A DNA stretch of 56,082 nucleotides, from IMG/VR virus record IMGVR_UViG_3300021185_000405, positions 1 through 56,082 of that record; one strand, 5' to 3'. The notes under the pieces are model-generated. The model ran no database searches. It saw only the letters and a program-made list of their open reading frames with translations, and was not told the origin of the DNA. The stretch's first letter is position 1; every line of letters begins with the position of its first letter. The stretch comes from a virus. Lineage: Duplodnaviria > Caudoviricetes. The position numbers and the translations under genes are program-made. Shown one piece after another: positions 49,457 through 56,082 of this stretch.

Positions 49457-50818
49457 ATGAACGATATACCTGTGGCTTACGACCACCAACAAAAGACTAC
49501 TGATTTCATAGTAGCAAACCCTAAATGTTTAATAACCTCAGATCCTGGTACTGGCAAAACGCGTGCGGTTTTAGATGCTCATGCTATACTCGGAGGCAAG
49601 ACATTAGTCTTAGCACCACTTTCAATATTGGAAGCGGCGTGGGGGGAGGACATTGACAAGTTTCAACCCAATATAAAATATGGAGTAGCTTATGCAAAAA
49701 ACAGAGAAAAAGTCTTTAAAGACATTGATAACCTCGACATGGTCATCACTAATTTCGAGGCTGTTAACTTTCTACGTAAAAACTCACGATTCTGTAAGCA
49801 GTTCGATACAATCGTTATTGACGAATTTACCGCTTTTAAAAATCGCACAGCCAAACGTAGTAAAAATCTCAAAGAAATTATCTACCATTTTACTAATAGG
49901 ATTGCCATGTCTGGTACTCCTAATAGTAATACTATTCTAGATATATGGCACCCAGCATACCTAGTCGACGACGGTGAGCGACTAGGTGCTAGGTTCTTCC
50001 AATTCAGATCCCAAGTATGTACGCCAAAGTTCAATGGCTTTGCAAACGAATGGATTGACAAACCTGATGCAGAAGATGCAGTTGCAATAAGACTGCGCGA
50101 CATTACCATCCGTTATGCATTGTCAGAATGTATGGATCTACCTGACAACATAACACGAACAATCAACACTAACTTGTCTAAACAGATACAGCAAAAATAT
50201 AATCTCCTTGCTAAAGATTCTGTGTTGTATACAAAGACTGGCACAGTCAACGCGGTTCACGCGGGAGCTCGTGTCAAGAAGCTACTGCAGCTAGTTACAG
50301 GAGCAGTATACGACGAAGATAAGTTAGTGCAGTTTGTACATCAAGAACGTTATGACATAGTTATGACACTTGTAGACCAACGTGCACACTCCCTGGTAGC
50401 ATTCAACTGGCGACACGAACGTGATGCTTTAGTTGAGCTAGCAGAAAAACAAGGTGTGTCATACGAAATCATTGACGGTACGGTTAAAGCCGAGAAGAGA
50501 AAAGATATCGTAGCACGATACCAAGCAGGCCAAATTAAAATGCTATTGTGTCACCCACAATCAGCATCTCATGGTCTTACTCTTACAAAAGCTAACACAG
50601 TTATATGGTGTTCGCCTACGTACAACGCTGAACACTTTCAGCAATTTAACCAACGTATTCATAGAGCAGGTCAAACACAAAAGACCGAGACTATATTAAT
50701 ACAAGCTAGAAACACTTGGGAGCCCGAAGTGTACGCTAAGCTAAATACTAAACTAGGGCGAATGGAAAATCTATTACACATTCTACAGGAGGTAGGACAT
50801 GGCAAAGAAACTAAATGA
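49457..50818 (+). CDS. SNF2-like superfamily 2 helicase
   Basis: DPGTGKT, IDEF, MSGTP, HGLTL, QFNQRIHRAGQ. Confidence 0.92.
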   Translation: MNDIPVAYDHQQKTTDFIVANPKCLITSDPGTGKTRAVLDAHAILGGKTLVLAPLSILEAAWGEDIDKFQPNIKYGVAYAKNREKVFKDIDNLDMVITNFEAVNFLRKNSRFCKQFDTIVIDEFTAFKNRTAKRSKNLKEIIYHFTNRIAMSGTPNSNTILDIWHPAYLVDDGERLGARFFQFRSQVCTPKFNGFANEWIDKPDAEDAVAIRLRDITIRYALSECMDLPDNITRTINTNLSKQIQQKYNLLAKDSVLYTKTGTVNAVHAGARVKKLLQLVTGAVYDEDKLVQFVHQERYDIVMTLVDQRAHSLVAFNWRHERDALVELAEKQGVSYEIIDGTVKAEKRKDIVARYQAGQIKMLLCHPQSASHGLTLTKANTVIWCSPTYNAEHFQQFNQRIHRAGQTQKTETILIQARNTWEPEVYAKLNTKLGRMENLLHILQEVGHGKETK

Positions 50819-51170
50819 CTTATTAGCCGAGTACGGCAAAACACGTGACGAGATAAAATCTCTACAAGCACAAGAAAAAGAACTAAATGTTATCAAGCGT
50901 GAGCTTGAGTACCAAATTACTATTAGGATGCAAGAGGAAGGCCTCGATAAAATCTCTAATAGTGGTAGGACAATCTCTATTAAACAAGAGATTGTGCCGA
51001 CCGTAGAGGACTGGGATGCACTTCAGGACCACGTAGTTAAAACTAAACAGTTTGAATTACTCCAGAAGCGTATGTCAGCCACTGCGTATAGAGAGTTGAT
51101 TTCATTAGGTACGGACGTACCTGGAGTGATCAGCACAGAGTTAACCCGTATTAATTACAGGTCAACATAA
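50799..51170 (+). CDS. Conserved phage replication-module protein (coiled coil)
   Basis: 123 aa; VEDWDAL...ELLQKRMS...VPGV. Confidence 0.7.
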   Translation: MAKKLNDLLAEYGKTRDEIKSLQAQEKELNVIKRELEYQITIRMQEEGLDKISNSGRTISIKQEIVPTVEDWDALQDHVVKTKQFELLQKRMSATAYRELISLGTDVPGVISTELTRINYRST

Positions 51171-51207
51171 TAATAACCAATAACGAATGACGAAAGGAGG
51201 AATAACG

Positions 51208-51876
51208 ATGTCAAACGATATTAGCGTAGTAACGAGCAAGGTTCCAGCTCATGTAAAATCGGGATCAAAACTAGGTAATGAGAATGTACAATCTGAACAT
51301 ATCTCAGTACCAAGGGTAAAGCTACTTCAGAAAATGAATAACGAAGTTGACCCAAATCATAGTGAGCATATAGAGGGCTGTAAAGAAGGCGACTTTATAA
51401 ACACTGTGACTGGCGAAAACTACGGTTCATCTATGTATGTAGTCAACACTCACTTCAAAGAAGAGTTTGTTGTGTGGAGAAAGCGTGAAGAAGGTGGCGG
51501 TCTTGTAGGGAACTTCCCAACAAGAGGTGAAGCTGAAGACTATCTAAGTGAAAACAACTTAGAAATGGCTAAGCACGACATCACTCAAACGCAAATCCAT
51601 ACTTTACTTCGTTTGGATGATAAGACGTCAGAAGTATCTGATATACCTTTTCTATTTGATTGTGCTTCATCAAAGCTCAAAGTATCTAGAGAATGGAATA
51701 CTAAGATAATGAAACAAGGTGGAGATAGATTCTCTTTCTTGTGGAAGATGTCTTCAGTCCCGCAAAGTAATGCAAAGGGCTCTTGGGTCAACATTGACAT
51801 CACAGGTGTTGATTGGCTAAAAGACGAAATTTACCAACAAATAAAATCTTTCTATGAAAGAACGTTTGTTAAGTAA
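51208..51876 (+). CDS. Putative single-stranded DNA-binding protein
   Basis: Start MSNDIS after SD AAGGAGG; G.ENV...I.VPRVKLLQ, N.KGSW motif; replication-module position. Confidence 0.6.
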   Translation: MSNDISVVTSKVPAHVKSGSKLGNENVQSEHISVPRVKLLQKMNNEVDPNHSEHIEGCKEGDFINTVTGENYGSSMYVVNTHFKEEFVVWRKREEGGGLVGNFPTRGEAEDYLSENNLEMAKHDITQTQIHTLLRLDDKTSEVSDIPFLFDCASSKLKVSREWNTKIMKQGGDRFSFLWKMSSVPQSNAKGSWVNIDITGVDWLKDEIYQQIKSFYERTFVK

Positions 51877-51886
51877 ATAAGTACGT

Positions 51887-51926
51887 GCAATCCGGGTGCG
51901 ACATTATAGGTCGCATCCACGATTGT
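51887..51926 (+). other. Long intergenic hairpin after the putative SSB gene
   Basis: GCAATC-c-GGGTGCGAC-ATTATAG-GTCGCATCC-ac-GATTGT. Confidence 0.55.
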
Positions 51927-51940
51927 GTTACACTTAATAT

Positions 51941-52342
51941 GTGCGTGAAAAGGAGTTCATCAACAAAGTGCATCGACACTTACCTAAATCAATCTATCGT
52001 TGGAAAATTAACGACGCTTATCATGGCGGCGTACCAGACACATTTTACTCAGGCCGCAATGGTCATTGTTTTATCGAGTATAAATATAAAGAAAAATTAC
52101 CTAAAAGAGATTCGTCTCAAATTATTTTGAACTTATCTCCCCAACAAAGAATATGGCTAACCCTTCAACATTCTAATAATGTTATATGTTATGCCGTGCT
52201 TGCCTCGAAAAATAAAGTTTTTGTAACCCAAGAATTTAATATGCCTGGCTTAACGCTAAAAGATTTTAATGAACAAAGTATTCCTTTTAAAGAATATATA
52301 CAATTAATAGAAAATATAACTATAGGAGAAACAAATGACTGA
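51941..52342 (+). CDS. VRR-NUC / Holliday-junction resolvase-like nuclease
   Basis: E..F, GGVPD, FIEYK, LSPQQRIWL. Confidence 0.82.
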   Translation: MREKEFINKVHRHLPKSIYRWKINDAYHGGVPDTFYSGRNGHCFIEYKYKEKLPKRDSSQIILNLSPQQRIWLTLQHSNNVICYAVLASKNKVFVTQEFNMPGLTLKDFNEQSIPFKEYIQLIENITIGETND

Positions 52343-52595
52343 TTATGTAAACTCGCCACCTCATTATAATACCGGAAACGTGGAGTGCATCGTGGCAATA
52401 GAAGAAAGTATGACCCCAGAATCTTTTAAAGGATATCTAAAAGGAAACATCCAGAAGTATATGTGGAGGTATGAGGCTAAAAAAGGACTACAAGACGTCC
52501 TTAAAGCTCAATGGTACTTAAATAGGTTGATAAAAACACTAGAAAAAGAGCAATCAGTGTCTGACGCACAGGAAAGCCCGCCAGATAAATATTGA
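52335..52595 (+). CDS. DUF3310 family protein
   Basis: VNSPPHY..G.VECI, GN..KY.WRY..K.G..D..KA.WYL. Confidence 0.9.
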   Translation: MTDYVNSPPHYNTGNVECIVAIEESMTPESFKGYLKGNIQKYMWRYEAKKGLQDVLKAQWYLNRLIKTLEKEQSVSDAQESPPDKY

Positions 52596-52631
52596 TTTAG
52601 TTGGACCTACGGCCTTAGTTACCCTAACAAA

Positions 52632-52657
52632 ACCTCATACAGAGCATTGTGTGAGGT
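52632..52657. terminator. Hairpin at the convergence of the two transcription directions
   Basis: ACCTCATACA-GAGCAT-TGTGTGAGGT between the DUF3310 and HNH stop codons. Confidence 0.4.
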
Positions 52658-52902
52658 CATTTTTTGCCAGCTTTCTTATTTCTGGCGAAAGAACGGTTTT
52701 TTGCTCGTCTAATTACTTTTAGGTTAGATTTCTTATTGTTTTTAGGATTTCCGTCTTTATGGTGAACATCATTCCCATCTCCCTTCTTAATTAACCCTAG
52801 CTTTTTTGCCATTCTATTAGCTGCATTACGCATTGCTCGCTTTTTTATTTGAGCAGGTTTGCCTTGGTAGTTCTTATATTCTTTTTTGTAGTCTCTTGCC
52901 AT
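52657..52902 (-). CDS. Small basic HNH-motif protein
   Basis: RDYKKEY...DVHHKDGNPKNN..SNL......NR. Confidence 0.8.
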   Translation of the reverse strand: MARDYKKEYKNYQGKPAQIKKRAMRNAANRMAKKLGLIKKGDGNDVHHKDGNPKNNKKSNLKVIRRAKNRSFARNKKAGKK

Positions 52903-54654
52903 CTAAACAGTATACACCTTTAACTGTTCTTCTTTACCCTTTACACTTATAGTTCCAACATAAGTCATTTGGTCTAATACTTTGTCTGCGGTAGACTCTC
53001 CGATCAGTATATCTACCCCTGCATCCTTAGTAGCTGATTCTAACCGAGCAGCTACATTTACTGCGTCACCTATTGCTGAGTAATCAAATCTAGAATCGGA
53101 ACCCATGTTTCCTATAATTGCATCACCAGTATTTAACCCTATACCTATTGCTATTGGTTCGGGTAGTTCTTTTTGTAGCATGCGAATAGCTGTACGCATA
53201 TCTCGGGCACAGGCAACGGCACGTTTTTCATGTTCATCTAAATCGAGGGGGGCGTTAAAGATGGCCATACATGCGTCGCCTATGAATTTGTCCACCATAC
53301 CACCGTGTGCCTGTATACATTCTACTTGTACGGTAAGGACCTTGTTCATTATGTCAGTTACTTGTTCTGGTTCTAGTTTCTCAGATAAATTTGTAAACCC
53401 TCTTACGTCAGTAAAAAGGAATGTGCATCGTCTTCTTTCTCCCCCGAGCACCAAGAGGTCTGGATCTTTTTGTAGTCGTGCAACCTGGCGTGGATCCAGG
53501 TAATGCCCGAACTGTTCCTTAATCTGTTGTCTAAGTTTATATTGTTCGCCAAAGCGCAACCAAAACTCTTGTACAGATATAAGTGTCATTGATACTATAC
53601 TATAACTAAAGTCTATAAGTATATTATTTCGTGCAAACCATACAGCAGCTGCAACTTGCGCGCAGTATAAAAGCCCGACCCCCGCCATAGAACCTGCAAC
53701 AGGTGAGAATCGTATTATAACTATTACTAATGACAAGACCCCTACTAATATAATTAATTCATATAATACAGAGGCCCCTGGAATTTGTGGTACATCCACA
53801 GTCATGCTTTCTGCTAAAGCTGCTTGTACTTGGTGTGGGTACTTTAGTCCTACGGGCGTTGCTATCTGGGGCATAACCCCCTTTGCAGTTACTCCTACAA
53901 ACACAAACTTATCACGTACATTCATCTCTTCCAAGCTAGTGCTCGGAGTATCAATCCAAGATACCCACCTACGACCAATGCTATCTACAGGTATTTCTGA
54001 ATAGTTAGGTATAGTAAGTTCTTCGATCTGACCTTGCTGTCCTTTAATAATGTACGTATCTGCACCGCTAATCATTTTAATAACTTGTACGCCAAAAGAC
54101 GGAGTCCAACCATCTGGAGTCTGAAGCAATAAAGGTAAACGCCTGACTAAATTATCTACATCAGTACGTGCAACTGCTAGCCCCTGGTAGGCTGAGTCTG
54201 CTAGCACGGGCACATTTCCAACCACACCTTGTGAGGCAATACCTTGTATGGGTTCTCCATCTCCTAATATAACTGTGCCTGTAGTTGGAGCATAAGAAGT
54301 GCCCCCTTCAAACGTAGCAATAACACTCGGACCTTGCAATAAAGCATCTGCAAATGCCTGATCTCCACCGAATCTATCTGCTTGTGGAAACGCAACAACC
54401 CAACCAACACCTAACGCCCCTGCTTCTAATAAGTCTAATTGTATTCGTGCAAGGTCTTGTCGCGGGTAGGGCCAGCCGCCCGCAAGTGCTACATCTTCTT
54501 CTGTTATATCTAACGTGGTAAACCAGCCAGATGGATCTGGTGTCTGTACGAGTGCATCAAACGCTTTTAATTTAAGTATCTCTGTAGCTTGCCAGTTAAA
54601 TAGTAACGGTATTGCTAACAAAGGTACGGTTATTAAAGAAATCCATTTCTTCAT
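52903..54654 (-). CDS. CHASE2-domain membrane adenylate cyclase (class III)
   Basis: N-terminal TM; CHASE2 (GGWPYPR, D.DNLVRRLPL, TPVG..YP); three TM helices; FTDVRGFT, DKFIGDA, DYSAIGDAVNVAARLE, VKGK. Confidence 0.92.
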   Translation of the reverse strand: MKKWISLITVPLLAIPLLFNWQATEILKLKAFDALVQTPDPSGWFTTLDITEEDVALAGGWPYPRQDLARIQLDLLEAGALGVGWVVAFPQADRFGGDQAFADALLQGPSVIATFEGGTSYAPTTGTVILGDGEPIQGIASQGVVGNVPVLADSAYQGLAVARTDVDNLVRRLPLLLQTPDGWTPSFGVQVIKMISGADTYIIKGQQGQIEELTIPNYSEIPVDSIGRRWVSWIDTPSTSLEEMNVRDKFVFVGVTAKGVMPQIATPVGLKYPHQVQAALAESMTVDVPQIPGASVLYELIILVGVLSLVIVIIRFSPVAGSMAGVGLLYCAQVAAAVWFARNNILIDFSYSIVSMTLISVQEFWLRFGEQYKLRQQIKEQFGHYLDPRQVARLQKDPDLLVLGGERRRCTFLFTDVRGFTNLSEKLEPEQVTDIMNKVLTVQVECIQAHGGMVDKFIGDACMAIFNAPLDLDEHEKRAVACARDMRTAIRMLQKELPEPIAIGIGLNTGDAIIGNMGSDSRFDYSAIGDAVNVAARLESATKDAGVDILIGESTADKVLDQMTYVGTISVKGKEEQLKVYTV

Positions 54655-55031
54655 TTCCTACTCCTTAGTTCACTTGTTGAAAAAGAATGTTTACGGCTGG
54701 TGTAGAACACTTCATGCATACCTTTACCAGTAAACGGTTTGTCGGTGTAGTCTTCTCCTATAAACCTAATATCTATATAAGTACTGTTTAATAAATCTAA
54801 CAGGCTCTTTTCTGTATCATAGGGTATAACTTTATCTATATATTTAACGGCTTTAAGTTGCACATATCTTTCGTATATAGATTGAATTGGCTGGTTTTTG
54901 TTTTGTCTGTCTATGCTTGGGTCTGTCTGTAGCCCTACTATTAGGTAGTCACAGTTGTCTTTAGCTTCCTTAAACATAACTACATGACCTGCATGTAATA
55001 AATCAAAAGCTCCGCATGTAAATCCGATCAT
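54651..55031 (-). CDS. Cytidylyltransferase-like (TagD/RfaE-type) nucleotidyltransferase
   Basis: GAFDLLHAGH (HxGH), LIVGLQTD, ER...L.AVKYID, GEDY, FSTSELR. Confidence 0.88.
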   Translation of the reverse strand: MIGFTCGAFDLLHAGHVVMFKEAKDNCDYLIVGLQTDPSIDRQNKNQPIQSIYERYVQLKAVKYIDKVIPYDTEKSLLDLLNSTYIDIRFIGEDYTDKPFTGKGMHEVFYTSRKHSFSTSELRSRK

Positions 55032-56082
55032 CCTGATCCTTGTGTAATCTTTATAGTAGAGTCACCCCCACCGTTTACTAACACTTGTTGTGTCTTACCG
55101 TCCTGTAATAATATTATAGTATAGCCTTGCGATATATTTAAGGTCAACTTAGTAGCCTGGGTTACTGCTCTCTCTAAAATAAGAGTGTCGTCTTGTGTGA
55201 AAGTTGTTATCTGGGTAGTGAGATCTTGCCCGAACTTTGTACCTTGTACTAAAGAACCTACTGCTAAAGCTTGGTCCCCTAGAGTATCTAACTCTTGTAT
55301 AACTGCAAGCAGGTCCTCAAAGAAGTTTACATCTAAATAGTTTATGTCGAGCTCGCTAAACTCAAGTGAATCTTCTGCTAAGTAATCAAACTCTAAGTCT
55401 TCAAACTCCAAATAATCTATATCTAATATAGCACCACTGTTTGCGGACGTTGTGGATATCTCTGTGGATAACTTTGATTCGTCCGGAGGGCTTACAATAA
55501 GCATGTTATCAATTATGTCTAATGTTAGATCTAGAATAACAGGTTTGCTTGGTGCGTTCTCAAATACATTTACAGTTGTAGCTTCATAAGGTTTGTTTAG
55601 TGTTACTGTACCCATTGCGGTAGTAACAAGTATCTCACCACTAGATATTCCGTTAGCATCTGGCAATAATATAATAAGTGATCGACCTAGCTCATCTACT
55701 GTACAAGTAAAATCTGTACCTCTAATTGCTATATCTGCTGTAGGTGTGGATAACGAGATGTTCTTTTTATCTATTTTTCCTAGCTTACTACTAACAAAAC
55801 GTGCTGTGCCGTTCGCAAAACGCAAAGCCATCTTACCCTTAGATGGGTCAGGGTCGTATACATACTCAGTAATTACAAGTTTTGAATGTTCTGTCAGTCG
55901 GACAATAGAGTCGTCCAGGAAGGTAATGCCTACACGTCCGTTAGTTGTACGAACGTCATCCATTTGTTGAATGTTAAAGTCTAACTCAGCGCCGTAAGGT
56001 TGGTCCCTTAATACGCTAGCGTCTCCTTTTAGTTCTGATATACCACCAATATTAGCAGCTTGTGCTTGTACCTTGGTCGTTT
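55028..56082 (-). CDS. FecR-domain protein (5' partial, starts beyond the right edge)
   Basis: Frame open from 56080 (TTKVQAQAANIGGISELKGDA...); D.VRT.NGR..I.F.D.S.VRLTEHS, TPTA.IAIRGTDF; acidic repetitive C-terminus. Confidence 0.82.
   Translation of the reverse strand, partial: TTKVQAQAANIGGISELKGDASVLRDQPYGAELDFNIQQMDDVRTTNGRVGITFLDDSIVRLTEHSKLVITEYVYDPDPSKGKMALRFANGTARFVSSKLGKIDKKNISLSTPTADIAIRGTDFTCTVDELGRSLIILLPDANGISSGEILVTTAMGTVTLNKPYEATTVNVFENAPSKPVILDLTLDIIDNMLIVSPPDESKLSTEISTTSANSGAILDIDYLEFEDLEFDYLAEDSLEFSELDINYLDVNFFEDLLAVIQELDTLGDQALAVGSLVQGTKFGQDLTTQITTFTQDDTLILERAVTQATKLTLNISQGYTIILLQDGKTQQVLVNGGGDSTIKITQGSG

Overview
The window is most of a low-GC double-stranded DNA tailed-phage genome, probably a podovirus from an aquatic habitat. 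Both edges cut through minus-strand genes. Two arms diverge from a non-coding region at about 36.03-36.31 kb. The leftward arm (minus strand, 36028 to <1) encodes TerS, a GalE-like epimerase, four very basic mini-proteins, TerL, portal, scaffold, major capsid, adaptors, ejection proteins, tail parts, a 1299-aa collagen fibre, two 2OG-Fe(II) oxygenases, a GT25/PLOD-like enzyme, lysozyme, a nozzle-like protein and a tail fibre. The rightward arm (plus strand, 36309-52595) encodes small early proteins, an iteron-like array, a MoxR-type AAA+/vWA module with two Nmad5-like paralogues, family A DNA polymerase, CsrA, primase-helicase, PD-(D/E)XK nuclease, SNF2 helicase, a putative SSB, VRR-NUC and DUF3310. 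A minus-strand block at the right end encodes a FecR-domain protein, a cytidylyltransferase, a CHASE2 adenylate cyclase and an HNH protein. The standout candidate system is an animal-like collagen modification locus. About 330 Gly-X-Y triplets rich in X-Lys-Gly sit directly upstream of one polypeptide that fuses COLGALT-like galactosyltransferase, PLOD-like glucosyltransferase and lysyl hydroxylase domains. Other notable signals are a pseudoknot-array leader on the capsid gene, a GGAACC repeat array, a G-tract next to terS, and a cAMP/CsrA host-regulation toolkit. All family calls come from motif recognition by eye; no database search was run.
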